64,000 nucleotides of DNA from an uncultured Dorea sp. Its GTDB lineage: Bacteria; Bacillota; Clostridia; Lachnospirales; Lachnospiraceae. Where the stretch lies: positions 24,107 through 88,106 of the forward strand of contig CAJUBG010000003.1 of the NCBI GenBank assembly GCA_910584575.1, written 5' to 3'. Every line of letters begins with the position of its first letter. Position 1 is the stretch's first letter. The position numbers and the translations under genes were made by a program. Below, piece after piece: positions 1 to 10,294 of the stretch. The notes beneath the pieces were generated by a model. The model was not told where the DNA came from. It saw only the letters and a program-made list of their open reading frames with translations, and ran no database searches.

Positions 1-517
1 CAAGGGGATTGGAGTACCGGCGAATCAGGTGAATCAAAAGCTGCTCTAAATAGAGGCAGATTAACTGTCCGGCGCCGAACAACTCCGGCTCTTTCCTGGG
101 CATATTTTGAAGGTAAGGGTCGTCTAGCCGGCAGTCAAAGCAGCGTCTTGCCTCAATAATGATGTCGGCAAGAAGGTTTCGCTCTGTCTCGTCAATCTTA
201 AGGGTTTTCTTGCGGAAAAATGACATGGCTTCGTCCTCACAGTGGAAGGAAACGACCACAAGATTCGGCGCCACCTTTCCGGTTGCATGGACGCTGTGAA
301 ATTCATTTGGCTGGTGAAATGCAATGTCTCCCCGTTTTAAAACCGATACCTCATCGCCTGCCGTCACGTTCACCTCACCCTTGTCTACACAGACAAATTC
401 CCAGAAATCGTGAGTCTCCCCCTCGAAAGAAAAATTACTCATATACTCAAAATAGTGGATGCTGTATATTTTGCTGATTGATAAGGATTTTTTAAAAATG
501 ATTCCGTTGTAACCCAT
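1..517 (-). CDS. AraC-family transcriptional regulator, 5' part (runs off the window edge)
   Basis: Not in the ORF track. Manual minus-strand translation from ATG at 517 is open to the edge: MGYNGIIFKKSLSISKIYSIHYFEYMSNFSFEGETHDFWEFVCVDKGEV...IAFHQPNEFH, an AraC-type cupin signature. GAGGT RBS upstream. Divergent from a sugar kinase operon. Confidence 0.85.
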   Translation of the reverse strand, partial: MGYNGIIFKKSLSISKIYSIHYFEYMSNFSFEGETHDFWEFVCVDKGEVNVTAGDEVSVLKRGDIAFHQPNEFHSVHATGKVAPNLVVVSFHCEDEAMSFFRKKTLKIDETERNLLADIIIEARRCFDCRLDDPYLQNMPRKEPELFGAGQLICLYLEQLLIHLIRRYSNPL

Positions 518-688
518 AGTTTAGTACCTCTGTCATATTGGTGTATGCTATGGTTCTATTTTACCGCATAAAAGCCGATTGTGCAAATCAAGAATCGTAT
601 AGTACAAAGATTTTCTTATCTCTTTGTACTACAATAAATATAAACGAAGCAACAATATACGGATATCAGGAATATGGAGGTAAGAAAG

Positions 689-1615
689 ATGGATAAACCG
701 GTATTAGTGATTATGGCGGCGGGAATGGGAAGCCGTTACGGAGGTTTGAAGCAGATTGATCCGGTGGACAATGAAGGGCACATTATCATGGATTTTTCTC
801 TGTTTGATGCCAGGAAGGCAGGTTTTGAGGAGGTAATTTTTATTATCAAGCGGGAAAATGAAGCTGATTTCAGAGAGGCCATTGGCAACCGTGTAGAAAA
901 ATATATGAAGGTTTCCTATGCGTTTCAGGAGATTGACAATATTCCGGAAGGGTATGCAGTTCCGGAAGGCCGCGTAAAGCCATGGGGAACGGCTCATGCA
1001 GTACTTAGCTGTATCGACCAGGTTCACGGGCCGTTTGCAGTAATCAACGCAGACGATTATTACGGCAGAGAAGCATTTCAGTTAATCTACGATTACCTTG
1101 CGGTGCATCAGGACGATGACAAATACCGTTACACAATGGTAGGCTATCTCCTTTCCAACACTGTTACGGATAACGGCCATGTGGCGCGCGGCATCTGTGA
1201 GATGAACAAGGACGGAGAGCTGGTTGGCATTACAGAGAGAACCAAGATTGAAAAGCGTGACGGCGGAATCGCATTTACAGAGGACGACGGCGCGACATGG
1301 ACGCCCGTAGCCAGCGACTCCACTGTTTCTATGAATATGTGGGGCTTTACACACAGCATTTTGAAAGAAATCCGAGACCGCTTTCCGGCATTTCTGGACA
1401 AGGGAATCAAGAGCAATCCAATGAAATGCGAGTATTTCCTGCCGGCGGTTGTAAGCGACCTTCTTGGGGAGGGACGCGCCACGGTTGCGGTGCTGAAGTC
1501 CGCGGACAAATGGTATGGTGTAACATATAAAGAGGATAAGCCGGTGGTTGTGGCGGCTATTCAGAAGATGAAGGAAGAAGGGCTCTATCCAGAGCATTTA
1601 TGGGAGGAAGCATAA
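689..1615 (+). CDS. Sugar-phosphate nucleotidyltransferase (NTP_transferase family)
   Basis: LVIMAAGMGSRYGGLKQ, KPWGTAHA and VINADDYYG motifs. Start placed at MDKP after GGAGG. Confidence 0.85.
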   Translation: MDKPVLVIMAAGMGSRYGGLKQIDPVDNEGHIIMDFSLFDARKAGFEEVIFIIKRENEADFREAIGNRVEKYMKVSYAFQEIDNIPEGYAVPEGRVKPWGTAHAVLSCIDQVHGPFAVINADDYYGREAFQLIYDYLAVHQDDDKYRYTMVGYLLSNTVTDNGHVARGICEMNKDGELVGITERTKIEKRDGGIAFTEDDGATWTPVASDSTVSMNMWGFTHSILKEIRDRFPAFLDKGIKSNPMKCEYFLPAVVSDLLGEGRATVAVLKSADKWYGVTYKEDKPVVVAAIQKMKEEGLYPEHLWEEA

Positions 1616-2730
1616 TGGGAGAAGCATCACCGATTCAGATTGCGGAAGCGATTGGAAATTTTCAGTTTAACGGAAGGCTTATGAGAGGCTGCGCATATGG
1701 AAACGGCCATATCAACGACACATATCTTCTGACATTTCAGATTTCCGGTATGGGAAATATTAAGGTAATCCTTCAGAAGATGAATAAGGATGTATTCGCA
1801 CAGCCGGTAGAATTGATGGAAAATGTTATGGGGGTAACGGCATATCTGCGCGAGCAGATTATTAAAAACGGCGGCGATCCGGAGAGGGAGACGCTGAATG
1901 TGATTCCCGCTTATGACGGCAAGCCTTACTACAAGGATTCCTACGGCGAATACTGGCGTTCTTATAAGTTCATTACAGACGCCACAAGCTATGACGTGGT
2001 GGAGAAGCCAGAGCATTTCTACCAGAGCGCGGTTGCGTTCGGGAATTTCCAGTGTATGCTGGCGGATTATCCGGCTGATACGCTGAATGAGACGATTGTT
2101 GGGTTCCACGATACCAGAGCCAGGTTTGCTGTATTTAAGAAGGCGGTGGAGGAAGATGTATTGGGGAGAGCCGCTTCTGTGAAGGATGAGATTCAGTTCG
2201 TTCTGGACAGGGAGGAGGTTGCCAATTATTTCTCAGAGCTTCAGGACAAGGGCGAGCTGCCGCTTCGGGTAACCCACAATGATACGAAGCTGAATAATAT
2301 CATGATTGACAACAAGACCGGCAAAGGAATCTGCGTAATTGATTTGGATACGGTAATGCCAGGGCTTGCGATGAATGACTTTGGGGATTCCATTCGTTTC
2401 GGCGCGAGTACGGCGGCAGAGGATGAGAGAGACCTTTCCAAAGTGTCCTGTGATATGGAATTGTATGAGCTGTATACAAAGGGCTTCATAGAGGGCTGCG
2501 CGGGAAGGCTGACCAGCAGGGAGATTGAGCTGCTTCCTATGGGCGCGAAGGTTATGACGTTTGAATGTGGGATGCGTTTCCTGACTGATTATCTTCAGGG
2601 GGACAGGTATTTTAAGATTCACAGAGAGGACCATAACCGTGACCGATGCAGGACGCAGTTTAAGCTGGTGGCGGATATGGAGAAGAAATGGGATACTATG
2701 GAGAGTATTGTTAAGAAATATGCACGGTAG
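1615..2730 (+). CDS. APH-fold sugar kinase (N-acetylhexosamine 1-kinase / AmgK-like)
   Basis: GNGHINDTY, THNDTKLNN and VIDLDT kinase motifs. TAATG overlap with the upstream stop. Confidence 0.8.
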   Translation: MGEASPIQIAEAIGNFQFNGRLMRGCAYGNGHINDTYLLTFQISGMGNIKVILQKMNKDVFAQPVELMENVMGVTAYLREQIIKNGGDPERETLNVIPAYDGKPYYKDSYGEYWRSYKFITDATSYDVVEKPEHFYQSAVAFGNFQCMLADYPADTLNETIVGFHDTRARFAVFKKAVEEDVLGRAASVKDEIQFVLDREEVANYFSELQDKGELPLRVTHNDTKLNNIMIDNKTGKGICVIDLDTVMPGLAMNDFGDSIRFGASTAAEDERDLSKVSCDMELYELYTKGFIEGCAGRLTSREIELLPMGAKVMTFECGMRFLTDYLQGDRYFKIHREDHNRDRCRTQFKLVADMEKKWDTMESIVKKYAR

Positions 2731-2790
2731 GGGATAGTGTGTCAGATGAAGTGCAAAGCCCGATAGGTTTAGCCTGTGGGATATGATAAG

Positions 2791-2852
2791 AGAAAAGGGT
2801 GTGCGGTATAAATAGCAAAGAATGTCTGTGTTTATGCCGTATCCCCTTTTCT
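2791..2852. terminator. Probable bidirectional terminator between convergent genes
   Basis: Imperfect stem AGAAAAGGGTGTGCGGTATAAA / TTTATGCCGTATCCCCTTTTCT. Confidence 0.6.
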
Positions 2853-2871
2853 TGTTTGTATCTGATGTACT

Positions 2872-4473
2872 TTATACGACTGCCTCTATCAGTATTTTAT
2901 CTTCAAAGGCAACTGTCTTGACGCCGATTTCTTTTGATTTGTTGAAGTTAAAAGTCAGAAGGTATCCTTTTTTCAAATGGTAGTGCTCAAGATATTCGGA
3001 TAGCTGTTTTTCACCCTGGGCATGCCTTGCCGCGCCATGCCAGAGTTTGATTTCCACGATAAATCTTTCTCCGTGGTAGTCTACAATCAGATCCGTTCGT
3101 TCTCGGTTTCTTGTCTCTGCTTCTACATAACAATTCCCCTGTCCGTTGATAACCGGTTTTAAGAATAGCATAAAATAGCGTCGTCCATCATCTTCGTAGA
3201 ACTCTTGTCCCTTATCTCCATAGAGGTCGTCAAAATGTCTGACAAATCGTTCCAGTACAAATTGCATATCCAACCGGCCATTTTTGATAAACTGATTTTT
3301 ATCCCGCGAGGCAGCGTCATAAATCGGTTTCTGCTGCATTTCTGGTGATGTAAGATACAGATTATATAACAACATTTCAAAGATTCTGTTTGCTATTAAG
3401 AGCTGATGATTCACTACTTTTGCAAATCCAAACATTAGAGTCATCTCCATAGAAGGAATTCCGATTACATACGCGATCTCTCTCCCTTTAAACAGTAAGT
3501 CCCGCAGCATGATATCTAATTCCGGATAGTCAGCTAGTTTGTTAATCAATGAATCAAATAGTGTGTTAGGTTCTGAAATTAAGCTTCGGATTGCTTTCAG
3601 AAATCCTTCTTTGGTCCACGCTGTACTTTTGGTGGGAAATTCTTCGCTTCCAGCAATCTGCTCATCCAAAAGCTTGCACAAGCGGGATACCAGATAGGGA
3701 TAGCCTGCGGTATATTCATAGAGTAATTCTGCCATCTGCCCTATATTCATACCCGTATGATAATCGGTTTCGTATTCTTTCAGCATACTTGAGATATCCG
3801 CTGCAGAAAAACTCATATCGACTAAAAAATCTGCGGCAATATTCCAAGGGCTGTTGGTCTTTTGTTCGTCGTTGGGGCGAAGTTTTCTTCTGATATTTTT
3901 TATGTCATATACACCGGCAAGAATAACTGATTGGAAGGTTGGCAAATATTTTCGTTTGATATAATAGCCTCTTAATTGGGCGAGAAAATCCAGGAATACC
4001 TGATTATCCGTAGCACTGTCCACTTCGTCTATGAGTAGGACAACAGGATAGGTGGCTTCCATGCAAATATCACTTAGATATTCAAATAGTTCTGGTAATT
4101 CCAGCTCGTCTTTGTTGTCTTGCAGCGAACTTTTTAACGGAAGTAGCGTGGATGGGGGCAGAGCGTGGTTCATCTTGGCTGTCTTGATAAATGTCTTGGC
4201 AAATGCAATAGAAAAGGCATTCTCATTTTTAAATTTGGATGCGCTTAGCATCTGGAAATCCATGCTGATTACGGTATAGTCATTTTTCAGGAATTCAGCT
4301 AATGCCTGGAGGGTTGTAGTCTTCCCATATTGTCTGGCTCTGGTGATTGTAAAATACTGTCCGGCATCTACCATGTCTTTGATTTTTAAAAGCCGTTGGG
4401 ATAGATTAACCATATAGTGTAAATCTGGATGACAGCCGGCGCTTGTGTTAAAAAATCGCTTCATACTATTCAC
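2872..4473 (-). CDS. AAA-like ATPase with C-terminal PD-(D/E)XK nuclease-like domain
   Basis: Walker A RARQYGKTT, Walker B LLIDEVD. C-terminal RTDLIVD...VEIK motif. Confidence 0.8.
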   Translation of the reverse strand: MNSMKRFFNTSAGCHPDLHYMVNLSQRLLKIKDMVDAGQYFTITRARQYGKTTTLQALAEFLKNDYTVISMDFQMLSASKFKNENAFSIAFAKTFIKTAKMNHALPPSTLLPLKSSLQDNKDELELPELFEYLSDICMEATYPVVLLIDEVDSATDNQVFLDFLAQLRGYYIKRKYLPTFQSVILAGVYDIKNIRRKLRPNDEQKTNSPWNIAADFLVDMSFSAADISSMLKEYETDYHTGMNIGQMAELLYEYTAGYPYLVSRLCKLLDEQIAGSEEFPTKSTAWTKEGFLKAIRSLISEPNTLFDSLINKLADYPELDIMLRDLLFKGREIAYVIGIPSMEMTLMFGFAKVVNHQLLIANRIFEMLLYNLYLTSPEMQQKPIYDAASRDKNQFIKNGRLDMQFVLERFVRHFDDLYGDKGQEFYEDDGRRYFMLFLKPVINGQGNCYVEAETRNRERTDLIVDYHGERFIVEIKLWHGAARHAQGEKQLSEYLEHYHLKKGYLLTFNFNKSKEIGVKTVAFEDKILIEAVV

Positions 4474-4498
4474 ATATTCCTTTGTGGTGGTGGTTTTT

Positions 4499-4527
4499 AT
4501 TATACTAGTGAATTATGTTTTTTTCAA
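4499..4527 (-). promoter_or_regulatory. Sigma70/SigA-type promoter of the AAA gene
   Basis: Minus strand TTGAAA-N17-TATAAT. Confidence 0.65.
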
Positions 4528-4579
4528 GGGAGTGGGGGAGGATACGGAATAAATATAGTAGGGGTGAAGCGGTATTTTA

Positions 4580-4662
4580 CAAAATTCCATTTGTCCAATA
4601 GATCTCAGGTACTAGAATATGATAAATTTTAGAAAGGATTAGATATGATGCGAAGAAAGAAA
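4580..4662 (+). repeat. Left arm of a perfect 83-bp inverted repeat (partner 17302-17384)
   Basis: CAAAATTCCATTTGTCCAATAGATCTCAGGTACTAGAATATGATAAATTTTAGAAAGGATTAGATATGATGCGAAGAAAGAAA matches the reverse complement of 17302-17384 base for base. Confidence 0.95.
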
Positions 4663-7600
4663 TTACTATCACTGACGGTTCCGTTGGTGGCGGGGGTGAT
4701 GATGTTTTCAGCCTTACCGACGATTTCTATGGCAAGTGAGACGGTTACCACTACTCCTGAAACGAATCCTTTGAAATCTACAGATGTTCCGACCACAGTT
4801 GAAGATCCACCGGAAACTGAGACACCAAGAGACTGGGACTTATCTACGACTACGACCCCTCCCAGAATTGAAGGAACAAGTTGCTATAAGGACGGAAAGT
4901 GTCAAGGGCATACGATTACAGGAACTACCACAACTTATAATATAAGGGTGCTAAATGGATCACATACTATTACATTAAGTGGTGTAAATCTTGATGTAAG
5001 TGCGAGTACAATAGCCGACACCGAGAATCAGCAATGTGCTTTTATGATTGATCCTGGTGCTACAGTTGAGCTAAAATTAGAAAATGACAATACATTAAAA
5101 AGCGGCAGTTCAGATGCAGGCATTTCGGTTATGGATGGTGCAAAATTATCTGTCAACGGAACGGGTTCCCTCACAGTAGAAGGGGGCGGCGGCGCCGGCA
5201 TAGGTGCAAGCGGAGTATCGAATCGTGCAGGTGAAATCACAATCGAAGAAGGCACTATTACAGCTACAGGCGGAGCCGGATGTGCAGGTATTGGAGGCTC
5301 TCAACAAGGTTCAGCAGGTTCAATCCGAATTATTGACGGAACTATTACAGCTACAGGCGGATCAGGTGCGGCTGGTATTGGATGCGGCAAGGGCTGCAGA
5401 AATAACAAGGGAGAGGTGATTATCTCTGGCGGTATTGTCAAAGCTTACGGTGGAACAGATGAGAGTAGAACTGCAGATGGTATTGAGTGTAGTACATTAG
5501 GGTCAGACGGAGGAAGCGCCACAGTTAAAACAAACCATATATCTACAACTCTTCTCAGACAAAATGGATTTAATGGCATGGTTTGGGAATTGTCTAAGAA
5601 TGAGATAAATACGGATGGCCCAGGAACAACTTGTGTGGTCTATGGTAATGCAGTGATGTCTGAACCGCCTCAAGAAAGACAAACGATAACAGTTCGCTCA
5701 GATGCTACTTTAGCAATTCCCAAGAAAGGTTATCATAATAATGCTATAATTACAGGAACAGGAACAATTGTAGATCTGGGTAATCTAGGCAATGGACCAG
5801 GTAATTGTAAGCTTACTAATAGGAAAGTATCTTTAACTAAAGATGATTTTATCAAAAAAATTAGAAATTATGTGAGCGCAAATGATGACGCTGCTATGGA
5901 AGATAGTGGGGATATATACCTGCCCTATCCTGGTAAACAAGGAAACTTATATAATGATTTGTTTGAGCCCAGACCTACGCAGCGAGTTACCCCTGGTGAT
6001 ATTGACCAGCCAAATCTGTGGAAAGCATCTGTCAAACAAGACGGTGCGGATGATACGGAAAGCGACGAGCTTCTAATTAGAGATGTTGGAGAATATATCG
6101 TTACTTTTGAAAGATACGGATATGAACCTATCACGATTGATAAGATTCATGTAGAACCCAAACAAATTACTCAATCTATGGTAGACATGGATTCCCTAAA
6201 AGGGTATGAATACACGGGTAGCCCAATAGACCCAGATATAATTATAAAATCTGATAATGGTGAGATACTGGACAGAGGAATAGATTATTTTGCAACACCT
6301 TCTAATAATACAAATGTATATGATGATTCAAGCATTACAATCTCTTCTTCCGGTTCTAATAATTACTATGTAAAGGACATGAGTTTCACCTTACCCTTTT
6401 CTATTGAAGCTTATTCGATTGAAAAGAGTGATGTAGAAGCAGCTATAGAAACTTCGGCAGAAAATGGAATAAATAAAAGCGAAAGTGAAGCTGATACCTA
6501 TGAGGCAAGCTACAAGGGTACAGCATATTCCCCCAAAATTATTGTAACTGCACCTACATCACCCCAACCTCTTGTTGAAAATACCGATTACACGCTCACG
6601 GTTTCACCTGAGGAAGAACTTAAGGATGCGGGAACATACACCTTTACTATTACCGGTAAAGAAAATGGCAATTATACAGGTACAAGAACAATCACATTTA
6701 ACATAAGCCCTATTCCTGTGTCTATTGATGAAAGTTCATTATTTACAGACGAATCAACGATAGATTATGGGCACTCAGAAATAAACTTAACGAATGTGTC
6801 TTTAACAGGTGTATTGAAAGATACTACAGGAAAATCGGAAGATGTCAAGCTCGATTCAGAGAGCATGAAGGTTACGCTTTTCGATACTAATAAAAATAAG
6901 GACGCAGAAGATATAGGGATTTATAATACGATTTATTTTAAAGATTTGAAATTAACGGGCGAGCAAAGCAATAACTATTCCATTGATGATGCCGCAAGAA
7001 TATATGTGGATGAATCAAAGAAAATACCTCTTAGCAATGGCTCAACGGTTGAGATCGTTCCGGTTCAACCGAATCCGCCAGAAATAGAAGATCCTGTTCC
7101 AGGAGATTTTGGCGCTGAAGATGATAAATTTACTTATTCTGCTAGAATTAAAGAACGTAATGAAACGATCTACCAAAATTTAACATATGAATATAAAATT
7201 AAGAAAAAAGACGCAGAAGATAGCGAAGGCGAGGATAACTGGTTAGATCCGGCACAAGATAATATTTTTAAAGGACTGCCTACGACTGGAACATACCTTG
7301 TGAAGGCTCGTTCTTTACCATTATTCCCAGAAGATATTGCACCTGACGCTGAATCACCGACACCCAATATTTATGCAAGTGAATTTAGTGAGCCAAAAGA
7401 GATTGAGATTACGCGGCTTTCAACAGATGGTAGACCAGAAGGGTTTACTCATCGTATTGCAGAGGAAGCAATGGACGAGAAATGGGATGTATTCATTGAG
7501 CCGCCTGCAACCCCTGTTTCACGAGATGTAGAATACTGCATTCTTAATACAGACGAAGTTCCGGAGGAAGACGATTATAAACCTTATGACCTAAGGGGTA

Positions 7601-9306
7601 TTAATTACCAAGCCTGTGAACCAGCAACTAACTATATTGCATATATCAGGTATACAGAAACGAATACCCATAAGGAAAGCGAGCCATTTGAAATCGAATT
7701 TGCGACAAACTCATTACCTGTAGAAACACCTGTCATATCTTTTTATAGCGAAACAGATGATGACAGCGAGAACGAACCGACAACTGAACCGGATGACAGT
7801 AATAATGATAATAGCAATGCTAGTACCATTATTGATGCCGATGAACATACATTCCGAGGTTCAGTAGAAATCCAAATTACATGCGGCACATCTGATGCGT
7901 TAATTTATTATACTACAGATGGCACAGATCCTATTAGAAACGGAGAACCAGTAGGCAAACCTATTAAATCCGGAGACCATTTTTCGATTCCGACTAAGGG
8001 GGAAAATGCAGAGAGAGTAACTACGATTAAAGCGATTGCCAAAAGAACGAATTGGGACGACAGCCCTCTTGCAGAAGAATCCTTTACACGGCTTTTGCCA
8101 GATCTGGAAGCGCCTCAATTATCTTTATCATCCGGTAGCGGCGAAGGAAACCAGTATACTTTCACTAATTCAACTACCGTTACTTTAAGCCTGCCAGATG
8201 GTATGGATACAAATGGAGTTAAAATATATTACATCTTATATGGGTCTGATGAAGCCGAGCCTGAAGAGATTCCTGAAGATAAAGAGCATGAGTATACGGG
8301 AGCATTTACAGTTAGAGAAAGTACTGTCATTAAAGCAAAATCTGTGAAAAAGGAAATGTCTTCCGGTGTTATGGAACCAGTTACGCTTACAAAATTAGAC
8401 AGCAGTATGAATCATAGATTTTGGCGTGATCCATTTTACAGGTCAGGAGAACAAGCTCAGAAGAATACTATTTCTGAACCATTAATGAAGGCAATGAAAG
8501 CCAAGCTAAAGACAGAGGATAAAGCAGAAATCAGTGAAGAAATTGGTGTTTTACTGTATAACGAACTTAGTATTTTAGGAAATAACAGCGCTTTTACAAA
8601 TGAAACTGTAGATTATTATGATCTTGTAGTGAAAGTCAAAATTGATAATGATGATTGGAAGGATGCTACACCAGATGATTTTCCGGCAGACGGACTTACA
8701 ATTACCATAGACTATCCTGAAGGCACTAGCATGGAAGCAAATGACTTTGCATTAGCTCATATGTATGCATATGGAGACGATACGGGAAAGATTGAAACAA
8801 GAGTGGCAAAGGAAATCACAAAAACTCCGCAGGGACTTCAATTTACCCTTACCAGTGCTTCACCTATCGCGATTGCCTGGACGGCTGCTGAGGAGGATGG
8901 ACCATTTAGCAATAATGTAAGTGACGGCACGACTGATCCTGACGATCCAAATAATCAAGATCCGACCAATCCTGATGATCCGAATGCCCAAGATCCGACC
9001 AATCCTGATGATCCGAATGCCCAAGATCCGACAGACCCGTCTGGTACAAGTGATGATGGTGTTACACCTAGAGATGGTTCTGGTACAAACGGAACTTCTG
9101 GAGATGGTTCAGCAGCAGGTAATAATAGTTCAAATGGTACTGCCTCTACAGCCGACGCTATCCGTTCTGCCGCAGCTACTCTCCTGCCAAAGACAGGCGA
9201 CACCAGCAAGATGGTTGTCTGGATTGTATTGGCAGTTGCATGTATCGCAGTTATCGCGGGCGTACAGATAAAATCAAAGAAAGGGAACGGAAAGAAGAAA
9301 CACTAA
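4645..9306 (+). CDS. Large sortase-anchored (LPKTG) surface protein, paralog 1
   Basis: Signal peptide MMRRKKLL..., Gly-rich GAGIGG repeats, YTG..P/DY Ig-like repeats, IYYTTDGTDP (Fn3-associated/chitobiase C-terminal-like), Pro/Asp stalk, then LPKTG + TM + basic tail. Confidence 0.9.
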   Translation: MMRRKKLLSLTVPLVAGVMMFSALPTISMASETVTTTPETNPLKSTDVPTTVEDPPETETPRDWDLSTTTTPPRIEGTSCYKDGKCQGHTITGTTTTYNIRVLNGSHTITLSGVNLDVSASTIADTENQQCAFMIDPGATVELKLENDNTLKSGSSDAGISVMDGAKLSVNGTGSLTVEGGGGAGIGASGVSNRAGEITIEEGTITATGGAGCAGIGGSQQGSAGSIRIIDGTITATGGSGAAGIGCGKGCRNNKGEVIISGGIVKAYGGTDESRTADGIECSTLGSDGGSATVKTNHISTTLLRQNGFNGMVWELSKNEINTDGPGTTCVVYGNAVMSEPPQERQTITVRSDATLAIPKKGYHNNAIITGTGTIVDLGNLGNGPGNCKLTNRKVSLTKDDFIKKIRNYVSANDDAAMEDSGDIYLPYPGKQGNLYNDLFEPRPTQRVTPGDIDQPNLWKASVKQDGADDTESDELLIRDVGEYIVTFERYGYEPITIDKIHVEPKQITQSMVDMDSLKGYEYTGSPIDPDIIIKSDNGEILDRGIDYFATPSNNTNVYDDSSITISSSGSNNYYVKDMSFTLPFSIEAYSIEKSDVEAAIETSAENGINKSESEADTYEASYKGTAYSPKIIVTAPTSPQPLVENTDYTLTVSPEEELKDAGTYTFTITGKENGNYTGTRTITFNISPIPVSIDESSLFTDESTIDYGHSEINLTNVSLTGVLKDTTGKSEDVKLDSESMKVTLFDTNKNKDAEDIGIYNTIYFKDLKLTGEQSNNYSIDDAARIYVDESKKIPLSNGSTVEIVPVQPNPPEIEDPVPGDFGAEDDKFTYSARIKERNETIYQNLTYEYKIKKKDAEDSEGEDNWLDPAQDNIFKGLPTTGTYLVKARSLPLFPEDIAPDAESPTPNIYASEFSEPKEIEITRLSTDGRPEGFTHRIAEEAMDEKWDVFIEPPATPVSRDVEYCILNTDEVPEEDDYKPYDLRGINYQACEPATNYIAYIRYTETNTHKESEPFEIEFATNSLPVETPVISFYSETDDDSENEPTTEPDDSNNDNSNASTIIDADEHTFRGSVEIQITCGTSDALIYYTTDGTDPIRNGEPVGKPIKSGDHFSIPTKGENAERVTTIKAIAKRTNWDDSPLAEESFTRLLPDLEAPQLSLSSGSGEGNQYTFTNSTTVTLSLPDGMDTNGVKIYYILYGSDEAEPEEIPEDKEHEYTGAFTVRESTVIKAKSVKKEMSSGVMEPVTLTKLDSSMNHRFWRDPFYRSGEQAQKNTISEPLMKAMKAKLKTEDKAEISEEIGVLLYNELSILGNNSAFTNETVDYYDLVVKVKIDNDDWKDATPDDFPADGLTITIDYPEGTSMEANDFALAHMYAYGDDTGKIETRVAKEITKTPQGLQFTLTSASPIAIAWTAAEEDGPFSNNVSDGTTDPDDPNNQDPTNPDDPNAQDPTNPDDPNAQDPTDPSGTSDDGVTPRDGSGTNGTSGDGSAAGNNSSNGTASTADAIRSAAATLLPKTGDTSKMVVWIVLAVACIAVIAGVQIKSKKGNGKKKH

Positions 9307-9326
9307 TTCATAAAACATATGTAAAA
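8815..9326 (+). repeat. 512-bp near-identical inverted repeat (partner 12593-13104)
   Basis: 3' ends of paralogs 1 and 2 align without gaps from ITKTP to about 20 bp past the stop codon, with only scattered substitutions. Confidence 0.9.
8935..9033 (+). repeat. 3 x 33-bp coding tandem repeat (D/N-PDDPN-N/A-QDPT)
   Basis: Units at 8935, 8968 and 9001. Mirrored at 12886-12984 in paralog 2. Confidence 0.9.
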
Positions 9327-9366
9327 CGAGGCTTTCGATTAATATCGATTTTTAGGCTCTTACCGT

Positions 9367-9434
9367 AAAATAAGCATATCCACCAGAGCTCCGTGCTTCC
9401 GAGCACAGACCCATCTAAGGGATATGCTTATTTT
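9367..9434. terminator. Long stem-loop downstream of paralog 1 (terminator or structured RNA)
   Basis: 15-bp IR AAAATAAGCATATCC / GGATATGCTTATTTT enclosing an inner hairpin GTGCT-TCCG-AGCAC, followed by a T-run. Confidence 0.55.
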
Positions 9435-9522
9435 TATTTTTCCTTCATTTCCTTTTCTCACTTTTACTTATTTTAGAGCGCAAATAACCCTCGGTTATTT
9501 TCTTTGCATTTCGCAAAATCCA

Positions 9523-9577
9523 TTGACAAACTAATACTATGGTATTACAATGTGAACAAATTAATACCACGGTATTA
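9523..9577 (+). promoter_or_regulatory. SigA promoter with two palindromic operators
   Basis: TTGACA-N17-TACAAT (9523-9551). TAATAC-N4-GTATTA palindromes at 9532-9547 and 9562-9577. Confidence 0.8.
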
Positions 9578-9592
9578 TATTGGAGGTGTCTT

Positions 9593-10294
9593 ATGAAACA
9601 GGATTTGATAATCTACCATGGCTCCCAGCAAATCATTGAGGTGCCGAAGTTTGGTATAGGAAAGAAATACAATGATTACGGACAGGGTTTTTACTGCACC
9701 GAAAACATCGAACTTGCAAAAGAGTGGGCTTGCCCTGTAAAAAATGACGGTTACTCTAACAAGTACCGTCTGGCACTTGACGGAATGAATGTCATGCACC
9801 TGACTAAGGGAAACTTTAACATCCTCAACTGGCTTGCGATTCTGCTTGCTCATAGAAAATTTGACATCAATTCGCCTATTGGCAACAACGCAAGAGAATT
9901 TATTCTTAACCGCTTTATGCCAGATGTGGCGGATGTCGATGTGATGATTGGCTATCGTGCTGACGATTCCTATTTTTCTTTTGCGGAAGATTTCGTGAAT
10001 AACACGATTTCTCTCAGGGACTTAAACCGTGCCATGCAGCTCGGCACTCTCGGTGAACAGGTTGCCTTACTCTCCGAATGTTCCTTTCGGCAGATTGAGT
10101 TTATCGAGTACGAAGTTGCCGATTATCGGGAATATTACTACAAACGGGCAGAAAGAGACCAAAACGCAAGGACTGCGTACAATAGCAAGAAAAAGAACTT
10201 ACAGCAACTCATGGACGATATTTTTATTCTCGATATTATGAGGGAGGGTATGAGGCATGACGACCCACGCTTACAGTCAGTTATATCTGAATAA
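9593..10294 (+). CDS. DUF3990-like protein (possible ADP-ribosyltransferase-fold toxin)
   Basis: IIYHGS, DYGQGFYCT...LAKEWA and GYRADDSYF motifs. GGAGGT RBS before ATG at 9593. Confidence 0.7.
   Translation: MKQDLIIYHGSQQIIEVPKFGIGKKYNDYGQGFYCTENIELAKEWACPVKNDGYSNKYRLALDGMNVMHLTKGNFNILNWLAILLAHRKFDINSPIGNNAREFILNRFMPDVADVDVMIGYRADDSYFSFAEDFVNNTISLRDLNRAMQLGTLGEQVALLSECSFRQIEFIEYEVADYREYYYKRAERDQNARTAYNSKKKNLQQLMDDIFILDIMREGMRHDDPRLQSVISE

Noticed and set aside
124..477. Track ORFs 124-324 (-) and 220-477 (+)
   Set aside because: Alternative frames of the real AraC gene (1-517, minus).
1615..2730. Aminoglycoside resistance phosphotransferase
   Set aside because: APH fold only; coupling to a sugar nucleotidyltransferase and the NahK-like motifs indicate a sugar kinase.
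8935..9033. Possible CRISPR array or DGR template/variable repeat pair (with 12886-12984 and the 512-bp repeats)
   Set aside because: Coding stalk repeats without spacers. Differences between the long repeats are not adenine-specific, and no reverse transcriptase is present.
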